Shown here piece by piece: positions 1-11,574 of a stretch of 64,000 bases of DNA; the stretch's first letter is position 1; every line of letters starts with the position of its first letter. Below the pieces are notes generated by a model. That model was not told the origin of the DNA and did no database searches. It saw nothing but the letters and a program-made list of their open reading frames with translations. The stretch comes from an uncultured Gammaproteobacteria bacterium (GTDB lineage Bacteria > Patescibacteriota > Patescibacteriia > UBA1558 > GWA2-36-10). Position numbers and translations under genes: made by a program. The DNA lies in contig CAZEWH010000004.1 in the NCBI GenBank assembly GCA_964515785.1, forward strand, positions 3,105 to 67,104. Direction: 5' to 3'.

Positions 1-1065
1 TTTTTGTGCAAATTCAAAATCTCTCTCATCATGGGCTGGCACGGCCATAATGGCCCCGGTGCCGTAATTCATCATTACATAATCTGCTACATAAACTGGA
101 ATAGATTTGTTATTAACTGGATTAATAGCCTCTAAACCTTCTAATTTAACGCCAGTTTTGTTTTTATTCAGATCAGTACGTTCTAAGTCAGATTTTTTTT
201 GAGCTTGTTTTATATATTTTTGAACTTCTGCAAAATTAGTAATATTATTTTTTAATTTTTGAATAATTTCTTGCTCAGGAGCTACCACCATAAATGTCGC
301 CCCAAATAAAGTATCTGGCCTGGTAGTAAATATTTTTAAATCTTCTGATTTATTATCAGACTTAATTTCAAAAATCACTTCAGCACCTTGGCTTTTGCCT
401 ATCCAGTTAGTTTGTTGAGCTTTGATTTTGTCTAGAAAATCTATTTTGTCTAAACCAGATAATAATCTATCAGCATAGTCAGTAATCTTGAGCATCCATT
501 GTTCTTTGTCTTTTTTGACAACTTCACCACCGCAACGTTCGCATACTCCCCCAACTACTTCTTCATTGGCTAAGCCGATTTTACAATCAGTACACCAATT
601 TATAGTTTCAGTAGCTTTGTAGGCTAGACCTTTTTTGAACATCTGAATAAAAATCCACTGAGTCCATTTGTAATATTTTGGATCTATGGTTTCTACATAG
701 CGAGACCAATCAAAAGAATAACCCGTTTGTTTTAGCTGTCTGTTGAAATTGGCAATATTTTTGGTACTAGCCTGCTGAGGAGCAATTTTGTGTTTGACTG
801 CAAAATTTTCTGTCGGCAAACCAAAAGCATCCATACCCATTGGATAAAGCACTTCTTTGCCTAGCATGCGCTGCTGACGACAAACAATATCTAAGGCAGT
901 ATATGATCTAAGATGACCAGTATGTAAACCATCACCAGAAGGATAAGGAAATTCTACCAAGCCATAAAATTTTGGTTTTTTAGATTTTTCAGAAGCTAAA
1001 AAAGTCTGGTCTTTTTCCCAAAATTTTTGCCATTTTTGTTCTATTTTATTGGGTTTATATTCCAT
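1..1065 (-). CDS. leuS: leucyl-tRNA synthetase, 5' part (runs off window start)
   Basis: Manual translation [16 protein letters not shown]...[14 protein letters not shown] (HIGH-type motif), GMDAFGLP, editing-domain [10 protein letters not shown] and [15 protein letters not shown]. Confidence 0.95.
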   Translation of the reverse strand, partial: MEYKPNKIEQKWQKFWEKDQTFLASEKSKKPKFYGLVEFPYPSGDGLHTGHLRSYTALDIVCRQQRMLGKEVLYPMGMDAFGLPTENFAVKHKIAPQQASTKNIANFNRQLKQTGYSFDWSRYVETIDPKYYKWTQWIFIQMFKKGLAYKATETINWCTDCKIGLANEEVVGGVCERCGGEVVKKDKEQWMLKITDYADRLLSGLDKIDFLDKIKAQQTNWIGKSQGAEVIFEIKSDNKSEDLKIFTTRPDTLFGATFMVVAPEQEIIQKLKNNITNFAEVQKYIKQAQKKSDLERTDLNKNKTGVKLEGLEAINPVNNKSIPVYVADYVMMNYGTGAIMAVPAHDERDFEFAQK

Positions 1066-1113
1066 ATACTTTAAAAATTATGGAGCTATATAAAAAATAA
1101 TTCTTAAAACAAC

Positions 1114-1222
1114 AATCCTCTTTCGCCAAGGCTACGGTGGATTACCCGCCAAATAAATAGCGACATCCTGCCATAGTTATTTATATTTTTGTGAAACAAA
1201 ACATAGAAATAACGAAGGCGGA
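1114..1222. repeat. two short palindromic REP-like elements (TTCGCCAAGGCTACGG family)
   Basis: AATCCTCTTTCGCCAAGGCTACGGTGGATT at 1114-1143; minus-strand TCCGCCTTCGTT...AACTATGGCAGGA at 1166-1222; similar copies at 10873, 14481, 31685. Confidence 0.55.
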
Positions 1223-1403
1223 TAAACATATTTTACCAAATATAAGTCCAAAAATCAAACATAGACAAAAGCATTGACTATCGCTTTTGATTCTGTTATG
1301 GTATTATTTATATTACGCTATTATTTATTATTAATATAAATTTATTAGCCTGTTTTTCAAGAAAATTTTAAATAAAATTGCCCTAAAATCTACTGACGGA
1401 TTA

Positions 1404-2684
1404 TTGTGGTTTGGTCGTTCTCTAAATAGATTTTTCCGTACAGCTGGCATGGGTATATTAGTGATAGGCAAATTTACTGTTTTGCCTATTATTTTATTTA
1501 TATATAAAGTTACTCTACGTTTCAAAATCAAAACAAAAAAAATAAATATACTACATCTCAATTATATAATATTTATAAAAAAATATTTACCAGCTTTAGT
1601 GATTATTATAATAATAATTTCTGTTAGTACCAACAATATTTTTGCTCAAAATTATAGTACTGAAGAATATGCCAACCGCACCCTCCTCTCATCTTTGATT
1701 ACTTCTGATGAAGAAGGTTGGAGCGAACTAATCGAAGAATCTGGACCAGCTATCAATCAACCACAAGTATCCAACTACCTAGAAGATCAAGGTAATTTGC
1801 AAGAAATAGTTATCAATACGCCTTTTATAGATACAGAAGATAGTACAACTGAAATTTCACCTGACTCAGCCACTCTAGTATTAGTCAATCCTGAAGACAC
1901 TGAGAATCTAGCAGAATCAGATGAAGGTAAACGAGCCGAAGCGATAGAATATATTGTTCAGTCTGGAGATGTCTTGGGTCATATTGCTGAAAAATTTAAT
2001 GTAACAGTCAATACTATTCTTTGGGAAAATGATCTGAATTGGAACAGTACTATCCGTCCTGGCCAAAAATTGACCATCCTACCAAATTCTGGCGTCAATC
2101 ATGAAATAAAATCTGGTGATACAGTTTTGGCTATTGCTAAAAAATATCAAACAGACGCAGAAGAGATCGTAGCAGCTAATAAATTGGCTGACTCTGGTGA
2201 TATCCAAATTGGTGACTTACTATTTATCCCTGGTGGAGTCAGACCAACAAAAGTTGTTTCCTCTTATAGGCCACCAGCTCCAGTTTATAGCAATGAAAAA
2301 TATGAAGATGCTCCAATAGATACTGGCTCTAAACTTCTTTGGCCAAGTAATAGCCATACTATTACTCAATATTATCACTGGCGTCATCATGGTGTAGATA
2401 TCGCTGACAATACTGGCACACCTATCTATGCTGCTGAAGCTGGCAAAATAGAAAGATCTGGTTGGTCATCTGGCTATGGATATAATGTAGTCATCAATCA
2501 TGGTAATGGCATCAAGACTCTTTATGGTCATGCTAGCAAACTATTGGTCAGCAAAGGAGATTCTGTGTCTCGTGGTCAAACCATTGCTCTAGTAGGATCA
2601 ACTGGTTGGTCAACTGGTCCACATATTCACTTTGAAGTCCGAGTCAACGAATCTCGTAAAAACCCACTCAACTATATTAAATAG
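1404..2684 (+). CDS. LysM-domain M23 family peptidase
   Basis: Two LysM repeats (YIVQSGDVLGHIA, HEIKSGDTVLAIA) and M23 motifs HHGVDIA and STGPHIHFE; start codon uncertain. Confidence 0.9.
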   Translation: MWFGRSLNRFFRTAGMGILVIGKFTVLPIILFIYKVTLRFKIKTKKINILHLNYIIFIKKYLPALVIIIIIISVSTNNIFAQNYSTEEYANRTLLSSLITSDEEGWSELIEESGPAINQPQVSNYLEDQGNLQEIVINTPFIDTEDSTTEISPDSATLVLVNPEDTENLAESDEGKRAEAIEYIVQSGDVLGHIAEKFNVTVNTILWENDLNWNSTIRPGQKLTILPNSGVNHEIKSGDTVLAIAKKYQTDAEEIVAANKLADSGDIQIGDLLFIPGGVRPTKVVSSYRPPAPVYSNEKYEDAPIDTGSKLLWPSNSHTITQYYHWRHHGVDIADNTGTPIYAAEAGKIERSGWSSGYGYNVVINHGNGIKTLYGHASKLLVSKGDSVSRGQTIALVGSTGWSTGPHIHFEVRVNESRKNPLNYIK

Positions 2685-2691
2685 TAAAATA

Positions 2692-2730
2692 AAAATACCC
2701 GTCGGGTCTAAAAACCCGACGGGTATTTTT
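2692..2730. terminator. bidirectional intrinsic terminator
   Basis: AAAATACCCGTCGGGT-CTAAAA-ACCCGACGGGTATTTT between convergent genes. Confidence 0.75.
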
Positions 2731-2735
2731 ATTTT

Positions 2736-5138
2736 TTACAATTCTAATTTACCTTCTCCAGTAGGATTATAGCCATTAGCTACCTCTTCTTGATCTGTAT
2801 AACCATCGCCATCTGTATCAGGATTGTTTGGGTCAGTCCCCCAATAGCTTTCTTCATGATCTGTCAGACCATCGCCATCTGTATCAGGCATAAAATCAGT
2901 ATTTCCTCTAGTATTTGGATTGTCAAAATTAACACTATTACTAAACATATTCATCATAAACTCAGAAAAATATATTTCCCAAGTTATTAAATTACTTGGG
3001 ACCACAATCTCCTGTTCCTCAGCGGTAGCGATCAAATAACTAAATTCATAATCATAAGTAGCAGAAAATTCTTCTGAAGAAAATTTATAATCGTTTAATA
3101 ACATATCTATTCCCTGAATATTTTTGCTGTCAGTATTTATCCATAGATGAAACTCAATTTTTTCAACAAGCTCTTGCATGGCTTGCCACATCTCTGGCTT
3201 GGTAGTTTTGTATCCCTCAAAATCTATATCTGGATATAATTCAACAATAATATTTGCAAGTTCTTCACTAGCACCCGCTTTGGCCGTGAACTTTATTTGT
3301 TTAAGTTCGGCGCCATTAATATTTTTACTTTGATGAGGATCATTAATTTTAAATAAATTTTTATTTTTTGCTTTTATAATAAATTGACTTGTTTTTTCAT
3401 TGACTGTCTCTATAAAATCTTGATCAGATGTTTTATTCCAATTTTCAGTTGACCAATAAAGCCATTTATCACTAATATCAATATCAGACCCACTGATAAA
3501 ATCCAAAGATCCTGGAGGTGGATCATTATCTACTATATCATCCATATAGGGCCAATCAGCAGGATCTGTAAATAAAGATAACCAAGTACCACCAGTCTCT
3601 GGATAGCTACCATATTCCAAAGCTAGCATAGCATCAGAACCTGATTGATAAGCTACTTCGACAGCTTTAGCCCAATCAACAATACCACGATATGGCGGAT
3701 CATTAACCCAGTCTCCATAACCACCATTACCACCCAACACAACACCTTCTATACTAAACATCAACAATAAATCTTTAGGAAACCAAGCTCGATAATACTT
3801 ATAATCTTCATCACTAGGGTCAAGAAGCATTTCAGGAAAATTTATATAATGACTAGTATCCATAGTAGGTCCCTCAAAAACCCGACGACTAATTTTATTT
3901 GATGTATAATCTGGATTATTATAATAATATGGTTCTTTTGTCCCATCTGGCAAATCACGAAAACGACGAGCTGAGCCATTAACAATAATATCACTCTGGC
4001 CATAATATTTTACCAAAATGTTATGAATATCATCTTCAAATTTTTGCATACGTGGAAATTGTTCATTGACATACCAAGCATCCTGCTCTTCACGGGTATG
4101 TCCTCTACCTGGCCAAGCTTTGTCCATATCTTCTGATGTCATAGTATCATCCCACCAAAGGGCAGAATGACCCCAATCATCCAAAAACATTCCTGCAATA
4201 CTAATACCTTGATCTTGAAGCTCACCCAACCAAACATCAACACTATTAGTAAGATCAGCAAAATACTCATCAGATTGTACATAAGCATAAGGACTACCGT
4301 TTTGTTTTACATTAGATGGAATACTGCCATGGCCTTGAGGATAATTGTCAGTAATATAATAAGGCGGTGCTGGAAAAATATGTTTATCACTATAAACATC
4401 AGTGTCCTTGCCCCAAATATCTAAATATACATAAATCTTTGATTTGTTGTGATCATTGATCATAGCATCCCAGGTATAATCTCCCATAACAATATAATCA
4501 TACATATCAAAAATTGCATCCTCGTGAAGTCCATTATTATGATCTGGATCATGCAACGCGTCACTATAAGAAAAACTAACTGTAGTATAAGGTCTATCTT
4601 CTTTGATACCCAAAACTCCTATCTGTGGTAAAAGTTTTTCTAAACTATCTATATCTGGTTGTAAATAAAATATATCATCAATCTTTTTGTAGTCTGCTGT
4701 AGTACTAAAATTAATACCAGGTATATCAATACTAATATCAGCATGACCAGATAAATTATTATTATTAATATAATTATTAGTATTAAAATCTAAAGATATA
4801 TTATCAAAAGTAAAAAAACTATTAAAAGTATTATTTGGTAACTGCATATCAGATACTTTTATAGATATATTTGTATCTGCAGTATAGTGAATAGAATCAT
4901 CCCCCCATTGCCAAGTAGCTTGCTTGGCCAATATTATAGCTGCGCCTTGAGCATAATACCACCAGCCGCCTAAACCGACCATTATTAAAAATAACACACC
5001 TAAAATAATACTTATTTTAGTTTTAAAACTTAGTTGTTTTGAAGATAAATTTTGATTACTTAAACTGTCCTCAATAATATCATTATTATCTTCCGTATTA
5101 TCTCTATTATAAACGATTTTTGGTTTTTCAAATTCCAT
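2736..5138 (-). CDS. membrane-anchored surface protein with internal glycoside-hydrolase-like domain and C-terminal DTDGDG Ca-binding repeats
   Basis: N-terminal TM helix, GMFLDDW motif, DTDGDGLTD...DTDGDGYTD tail; paralog of 5160-8051. Confidence 0.7.
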   Translation of the reverse strand: MEFEKPKIVYNRDNTEDNNDIIEDSLSNQNLSSKQLSFKTKISIILGVLFLIMVGLGGWWYYAQGAAIILAKQATWQWGDDSIHYTADTNISIKVSDMQLPNNTFNSFFTFDNISLDFNTNNYINNNNLSGHADISIDIPGINFSTTADYKKIDDIFYLQPDIDSLEKLLPQIGVLGIKEDRPYTTVSFSYSDALHDPDHNNGLHEDAIFDMYDYIVMGDYTWDAMINDHNKSKIYVYLDIWGKDTDVYSDKHIFPAPPYYITDNYPQGHGSIPSNVKQNGSPYAYVQSDEYFADLTNSVDVWLGELQDQGISIAGMFLDDWGHSALWWDDTMTSEDMDKAWPGRGHTREEQDAWYVNEQFPRMQKFEDDIHNILVKYYGQSDIIVNGSARRFRDLPDGTKEPYYYNNPDYTSNKISRRVFEGPTMDTSHYINFPEMLLDPSDEDYKYYRAWFPKDLLLMFSIEGVVLGGNGGYGDWVNDPPYRGIVDWAKAVEVAYQSGSDAMLALEYGSYPETGGTWLSLFTDPADWPYMDDIVDNDPPPGSLDFISGSDIDISDKWLYWSTENWNKTSDQDFIETVNEKTSQFIIKAKNKNLFKINDPHQSKNINGAELKQIKFTAKAGASEELANIIVELYPDIDFEGYKTTKPEMWQAMQELVEKIEFHLWINTDSKNIQGIDMLLNDYKFSSEEFSATYDYEFSYLIATAEEQEIVVPSNLITWEIYFSEFMMNMFSNSVNFDNPNTRGNTDFMPDTDGDGLTDHEESYWGTDPNNPDTDGDGYTDQEEVANGYNPTGEGKLEL

Positions 5139-5159
5139 AAAAAAATAATTAATTACATT

Positions 5160-8051
5160 TTAAGGTAAAGATCCAGAACCCAAAGGATCAAAACCATTTT
5201 CTATCTCCTCACCATCTAAATAACCATCACCATCTGTATCTGGATTGTTTGGGTCTGTACCATAATATTTTTCTAAATAATCTGATAAACCATCTTGATT
5301 ACTATCATTATTGGATTGTATTATTTTTTTGGTAATACCCAACAACTTAGTTTGCCAGTTTGTAATCTTATTTGGTTTTATGATTGTCATAGTTGTTGTT
5401 TGGTTTATATAAAAACTCAAGTTAATATCAAAAACAAAACTATAATCCTTAGTAGCTAAAACAAAATCTTTAGCAATGATTTCTAAACCATGAATTTCTT
5501 TAGTTTGACGATGAATCCAAACATAAAATTTTAGACGTTGTAAATCGTGTTCCATTTGTTGCCATTGAGCTGTATTGATTCTATGCCATGATTGAAATTT
5601 CTGTTCTAATTGATCATCTTCACCTAATATAGCCAAAACAAATTCTTTAGTCCTGTTGTCTTTGATAGTCAATTGAACTCTAAACAACTCACCACCAGAT
5701 ACAGGCATACGCTGACGAGTATCTTTAATCTTAAAAATATTATTGTCTTGCAAATTGGTTATTATATTGGAAATCTTATCACTAAAATCTACGACTATAT
5801 CTTGGGAAACTAGATTATCTTCTGACTGATCTGATATATCTTGAGGTAAATCAATATGCACCCATTCATCTTTATTATAATTCTCAGGTTGAGGAAAATA
5901 TTCTTCAATATTTATATTTTGCACATTAAAAAATATTTCAGCTGGGTTGCCAACTGGTTCTTCAAAAATATCATCATTAACTGGCGGAGTATTTATGATA
6001 ATTGGTGGCACTTCTATTTTACAAATAAATGAACAACCATCATTATCTTGACCATTGCCGTCATCGCATTCTTCAGTTGGTCTATTAATCTCTCCATCAC
6101 CACAGTAAGGATCTATTTCACAAATACTAGAACAACCATCATAATTATCATTATTACCATCATCACATTCTTCTGAAGATTGATTAATCTCTCCATCACC
6201 ACAGTATGAGTCTTCTGGCGGATCTTCTTCCGTTAAACAATCAGCAGAACAACCATCGCCATCTTCATTATTACCATCATCACATTCTTCGCCTTCATCT
6301 TGATTACCATCACCACAGTATGGGAATGTATATAAACGACAGGCTATACAAATTTGATGTTCACCAACTCCATCCTCTCCATCGCATTCTTCACCTTCTT
6401 CCATTATTCCATTACCACAAACAGGTACAGTTTCTCCGTCAAGATATGGTCAATCAGCAGGGTCTGTAAATAAAGATAAAATAGTCCCTCCAGTAGCTGG
6501 ATAATCTCCATATTCCAAAGCAATCATAGCTTCATTACCAGCCTCATAAACTGCATTGGTACCAGCTGTCCAATCAGCTAAACCATTTAAGTATCCATTA
6601 TAACCTCCATCTACCCATTCACCATAACGACCATTACGACCATCAACCTCTCCTTCAATACTATACATTAATAATAAATCTTTAGGGAAAAAAGCTCGCC
6701 ATCTCATATAATTTGGATGACTTTGGTCTCTAAGTAATTCTGTAAAATTTACATAAGATGCATGACTAACAGCTGCTCCTTCAAAACAACGATGACTGAT
6801 CTTACCAGGAGTATAGCTGGGATTATCATAATAAAATGGTTCAGCTAATCCATCTGGTAATGTCCTAAACTTACGAGCCGAACCATTGAGTATATGTTCA
6901 CTACGGCCCCAGTACTGCATAGTCAAGGTATGGATAGAATCTTCAAAATTTTGTACTCTAGCAAGTTGTTCACCAACCCACCAAGACCACTCATGATCCC
7001 AAGCTTGACCTTCAAAGTCATCATGTTCTGGATCGTGTTCTGGTGGAATCGGATAATCAGACCTACCTTCCCAGGCTATATCTTGATGCTCCAAGGCCAT
7101 ATTTTCATCCCAATAGCCAGGTGCATTCATAAAATCATCCAAGAAAAAACCAAGAAAATTTATACCTTGGGATTGTAAATCAATGTAAAATTCTTCTATC
7201 TTAGCTAATAAATCCTCCAAATATTCATCTGTCATTTGATAGGCAAATGGTGAACCACTGTCTTTGACATAAGTTGGTAAATTGCCATGACCATCAGGAT
7301 AATGAGGAGATTCCCAATAAAGTGGAGCTGGAAAAATATAAGCTGGATTATCACTGTTGTGATCTTTACCGTAAATATCTAAATATAAAAATATTTTTTC
7401 TTTATTTACATCATTTTGTATATTATGCCAAGTATATTCTCCAGCTATTATATAATCATACATCGCAAAAATCTCATCTTCGGTCATACCATTATTATGG
7501 TCAGGGTCATGAAGAGCATCACTATATGAAAAACTAACAGTAGTATAAGGATCGCCAGCTGCTGCCATCTTTATACCCAAGATACTACCACCATTGAAAA
7601 AAGAATTCAGAGTGCTAGAAGACAAAAAATCTATATCGCCTGACATTTCTGGCCTGATATACAAATCATTATCTATTTTTTTGTAATGAATTACTGCTTC
7701 AAAAGATCCTTGACTATCTGAACTGACATCAAAATCACCTCGAGCTGTAAAATTATTATTAATATTATAATAATTATTTTCCCCTGTTATAGAAAAATCT
7801 TGCCAAGATAATAAATTATTATACTGTTTGTTTTTAATATCAAGGTCACTGATATTTAAGGAAAAATCAGAATCAATCTGAAAATTTGCTTCAGACTCTG
7901 TCCAAGACCATTTAGCCTGGCTCAGTAGTAACATTGCTTCACCTTGAATATAATACCACCAAGCAGCTGCTATCAAGAAAATAAAAAACAACATCCACAA
8001 AATAAGTCTAGCTCTTGTAATACCTTTAAAATTTATTTTATTAGAAGACAT
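5160..8051 (-). pseudogene. paralogous surface protein with Cys-rich CGDG repeats (DUF4215/Myxococcus type), interrupted by one in-frame TGA at 6450-6452
   Basis: ORFs 6450-8060 and 5160-6404 are in frame: FTDPAD*PYLDGETVPVCGNGIMEEGEECD; the paralog reads FTDPADWPYMD. Confidence 0.75.
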
Positions 8052-8052
8052 A

Positions 8053-9003
8053 TTAGCCACGCATAATCAAATAGCTGATATAAGCAATATAAATAAGGAC
8101 TAAAATAACACCTTGCGAACGCTGTAATATATTTTTGCGGCCTACAAACATAAACATAAACAAAATAATAGTAATCACAGCCATGATATAAATATCTATG
8201 TTAAGGGTCGCTGAAAAATATAAGGGTTTGATCATAGAACTTAAACCCAAAATCCAAAAAATATTAAAAATATTTGAACCAATAATATTACCAATAGCAA
8301 TATCAGCGTTGTGACGCCAGGCAGCTACTGCGCTGGTCGCCAATTCTGGTAAAGAAGTACCAACTGCTACAACGGTCAAACCAATTAAAGATTCTGACAT
8401 GCCAAGTTTACCAGCAATCACAATAGCTCCTTCAACAATCCAATAACCACCTAAAGCTAAACCAGCTGCACCAGCAATTATCATACCAACCGCTACCCAA
8501 TTATTGTATTTTTTGACACTTTCACCATCACCCTCAACTTTGGCAATACCAAAAGTATAATACAAAAATATCACAAAAAATAATAATAAAACACCGCCGT
8601 CAATCCGAGTCAAAGCACTCATGCCAGCTTTGTCTATCAAAACATCATTGACCAATAACCATAAAACAACAACCGCCAACATATTGAGAGGAATTTCTTT
8701 TAGGACAGTACCTCGCTTGACTGCTAGAGGAAAAATAATAGCTGATATTCCCAAAATTAATAGCACATTTGAAATATTGGAACCAACTACATTACCAATA
8801 GCCAAATCACTACTTCCCTGAAAAGAAGCAAATAAATTAACTATCAATTCTGGGGCAGAAGTACCAAAAGCCACAATAGTCAATCCAATCATCAAATTGG
8901 AAACATGAAATTTTTTGGCAATAGAAGACGCACCGCCTACTAGCCAATCAGCGCCTTTTATCAGGAAATAAAATCCAACAATAAAAAGAATATAAGTTGT
9001 CAT
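8053..9003 (-). CDS. calcium/sodium antiporter (CaCA, YrbG-like)
   Basis: GTSAPE and GTSLPE alpha repeats, GSNISN/GSNIFN. Confidence 0.92.
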   Translation of the reverse strand: MTTYILFIVGFYFLIKGADWLVGGASSIAKKFHVSNLMIGLTIVAFGTSAPELIVNLFASFQGSSDLAIGNVVGSNISNVLLILGISAIIFPLAVKRGTVLKEIPLNMLAVVVLWLLVNDVLIDKAGMSALTRIDGGVLLLFFVIFLYYTFGIAKVEGDGESVKKYNNWVAVGMIIAGAAGLALGGYWIVEGAIVIAGKLGMSESLIGLTVVAVGTSLPELATSAVAAWRHNADIAIGNIIGSNIFNIFWILGLSSMIKPLYFSATLNIDIYIMAVITIILFMFMFVGRKNILQRSQGVILVLIYIAYISYLIMRG

Positions 9004-9119
9004 AAATTTTTTTATTTATAGCTTTATTATACCAGAAAATGAATTAAATAAAAAACCCTGATTATTCAATCAGAGTTCTGAAAACTAGATCATGAGTCAT
9101 AAAGCAATTAAAACTATAT

Positions 9120-9365
9120 CTAGAAATGAAGTGCTGTAGCTGCCAAAGCAAGCAAGAACCTTTTCTGCTCTGGCTCCAATTCAGCATCCCGTTTTTGGCG
9201 TTGGGTATCCAACTTGGCAGCAATCTCGTTGTTATCGTTTCCCAAAACCATCAAACCAACATCCTCAGGTATCACCTGAAGACAAGCTTTTCCTTGAGGA
9301 CTATCAGGCCGCACACCGTTTCTACGCAAGATATCCTCGGCTAGAGATTTTACTTGCACACTCAT
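9120..9365 (-). CDS. hypothetical protein (orphan unit)
   Basis: 81 aa ORF with SD AAGGAG, own promoter and downstream hairpin. Confidence 0.7.
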   Translation of the reverse strand: MSVQVKSLAEDILRRNGVRPDSPQGKACLQVIPEDVGLMVLGNDNNEIAAKLDTQRQKRDAELEPEQKRFLLALAATALHF

Positions 9366-9519
9366 CTTACTCTCCTTTTAGTTTGCTTTTGCAAAGTACA
9401 AAAATTAATTTTAATTTAAAAAATATATATAAATATGTAAATCCGACCCGTCGGGTAAAAAAAATAACCACCCGCTCGGTCCTAGTACCTCGCGGGTCTG
9501 ATATAAATAAACATTAAGC

Positions 9520-10833
9520 TTACGCTTTTTCTTCGTTTGTTTGTTTTATAATTTCTTTTTCAAAAAGAATAGCACCAAGGACTGTCACCAAAATCACAGC
9601 CAACAAAGCCGCAGCAGCCATAGTCTGATCAAGTGCATGGTTAGCTAGAGCTACTGCTACAAACACTAGACCAACTTCACCACGAATAGCCATCGCAAAA
9701 CCAACCAGCTTGCCGTCTTGTTTTTTCTTGAATAAATATTTCACAATATACTTAGTAATAAAACCAAGGATAGTAAAAATAATAGCCCACATCCAAACTT
9801 TGAAATCTATTAGAGCTGCTCGTGGCAACATAGTACCTATACTTACCAAAAAACCACCCACAAAAATATGCATATAACCTTCGATCTTTTCCCAAGCACT
9901 GTGTTTGATTTCATTATCGACTTTGGACAATACTACACCTATTCCAAAAGCTCCTAGCACTGGCTCAAGTCCTAAGACAGCAGCTAAAGAAGCACCAAGC
10001 ATCAACATTCCAAAAAAGAAACGGGTAAAAATACCAGTACTATTGTTTTGATAATTTTTATTTAAATATTTTACAATCTTATCAGCAATACCCATGTTCC
10101 ACAAAGCATAAGTAGCAACTAGAAATACTACTACACCAATAGCTAGAGCTACAAAAGGATTCAAACCTGTTTGCTCAACAGCGTGTTCTGCACCAGCAGT
10201 ACTAGAAACCTTGGCTAAAACAGTCAAAATCACAACACCTAATATATCATCTATTACAGCCGCTCCAACTATCTTGTTGCCCAGAGAAGTTTCTAGTTTA
10301 CCAGCTCGCTTAAGGGCTTCAACTGACAAACCAACTGAAGTAGCAGTAAAAATACCACCCAAGAATATAGCTGGAATCAAACCAATATCCAAAACATAAT
10401 AACCCAAGGCTGTAAAAGCAAGTAAGGGTACCAGCACGCCACCAAAAGCTACAGCTGTAGCAATACCAATATTCTTTTTGAGTAAGTCCATATCAAAATG
10501 TAGACCAGCTTCAAACAAAATAAAGAGTACACCCGCCAATCTAGCCAACTCTACTCCTGAAGAATAAGGATCAAGCACGCCCAACAAAGCCGGACCAGCA
10601 ATAATACCCATAATAATCTTACCGGCCATAGGAGCAATCTTGATAGCTTTGGCTAGACGACCACCAAAAGAGGCAAAGAGAGCTAAAAAGGCAATATCAA
10701 TCAACATTGGCAAATAATGACTGACTTCATGATGATGGCTAGTCATCAACTTACCACGTACAAAATATAAAATCACCGATATCACGGCGACCTCTACGAT
10801 AAAGAAAATTAATCCTTTAATTTTTTTGTTCAT
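9520..10833 (-). CDS. cation:proton antiporter (CPA2 family)
   Basis: Multi-TM protein with LFEAGL, TATSVG, AAVIDD and RGEV motifs. Confidence 0.9.
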   Translation of the reverse strand: MNKKIKGLIFFIVEVAVISVILYFVRGKLMTSHHHEVSHYLPMLIDIAFLALFASFGGRLAKAIKIAPMAGKIIMGIIAGPALLGVLDPYSSGVELARLAGVLFILFEAGLHFDMDLLKKNIGIATAVAFGGVLVPLLAFTALGYYVLDIGLIPAIFLGGIFTATSVGLSVEALKRAGKLETSLGNKIVGAAVIDDILGVVILTVLAKVSSTAGAEHAVEQTGLNPFVALAIGVVVFLVATYALWNMGIADKIVKYLNKNYQNNSTGIFTRFFFGMLMLGASLAAVLGLEPVLGAFGIGVVLSKVDNEIKHSAWEKIEGYMHIFVGGFLVSIGTMLPRAALIDFKVWMWAIIFTILGFITKYIVKYLFKKKQDGKLVGFAMAIRGEVGLVFVAVALANHALDQTMAAAALLAVILVTVLGAILFEKEIIKQTNEEKA

Positions 10834-10872
10834 AGCTTTTTGTTTTTTAAAAAATAGTTATTTAATAAATAA

Positions 10873-10931
10873 ACCCGCCTTCGCCACCCCGCTTCGCTAA
10901 AGCTATGCGGAGGCGAGAGGCTTCGGCGGGT
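10873..10931. repeat. nested palindromic REP-like elements
   Basis: ACCCGCCTTCGCCA[CCCCGCTTCGCTAAAGCTATGCGGAGGCG]AGAGGCTTCGGCGGGT. Confidence 0.6.
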
Positions 10932-11103
10932 GGTCACTAAAAAATAGTGACCAAAAAGCGACTCCAGTATACACTAGTCACAGAAAAAAATCAACCTGCC
11001 CGCCAAATGCCTGGCATGGCAGGCGGGGGGAACAAAAAACTCCCCAGTGTATACCAGGGAGGTAGATCCACAAATGCCTGTCGTGGGTAAACTCGTTGTA
11101 CTG

Positions 11104-11439
11104 CTAGCTGGCTAAATCCAGCTGAATAGTAAATTGATTCATCAAGCGACTTATGACTTTGTCATCAGCTTCCTGTAAAAAACTAGTAGTAATGCGGAAA
11201 TAGCTGCGCAAAGACAATTTATGTCGACGCTTGCCTTCAGCTATGGCAATCATATCTTCCAACTCACAATGGCAGTCCCAACAAAGCTTAAGGCCAGGAC
11301 CATCTCCACCAAAATGCCGCTTAGGCAAGATATGATGATGAGTCAATTTTCTATACTCCTGACATTTTGGACACTTACCTCTCTTTCTATAATTTGAACC
11401 ATTACCATTATTACTACCATTGGCACTTCGTTTACCCAT
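11104..11439 (-). CDS. HNH-like zinc-binding nuclease
   Basis: CPKC...HHHILP...LCWDCH; SD GAGGAGG. Confidence 0.7.
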   Translation of the reverse strand: MGKRSANGSNNGNGSNYRKRGKCPKCQEYRKLTHHHILPKRHFGGDGPGLKLCWDCHCELEDMIAIAEGKRRHKLSLRSYFRITTSFLQEADDKVISRLMNQFTIQLDLAS

Positions 11440-11574
11440 TATCCCTCCTCACGTTGAATGTGGCATTTGTAAAGCAACGAACCTATCTATTTTTACTATA
11501 ACAAATTTTGCTAAGCTTGGCAAAAAATATGTAAATAAAAAACCGCCTCTTGTATTGCAAGAGACGGAAATGAT

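Noticed and set aside
6050-6400. Repeated CCATCACCACAGTA units as a CRISPR array
   Set aside because: They encode the CGDG Cys-rich protein repeats; no cas genes in the window.
6450-6452. Genome-wide UGA reassignment (code 4/25) or selenocysteine
   Set aside because: Only one internal TGA was seen among dozens of long ORFs. TGA ends ymdB, ferritin and comM normally. The paralog has Trp, not Cys or Gly, at this site.
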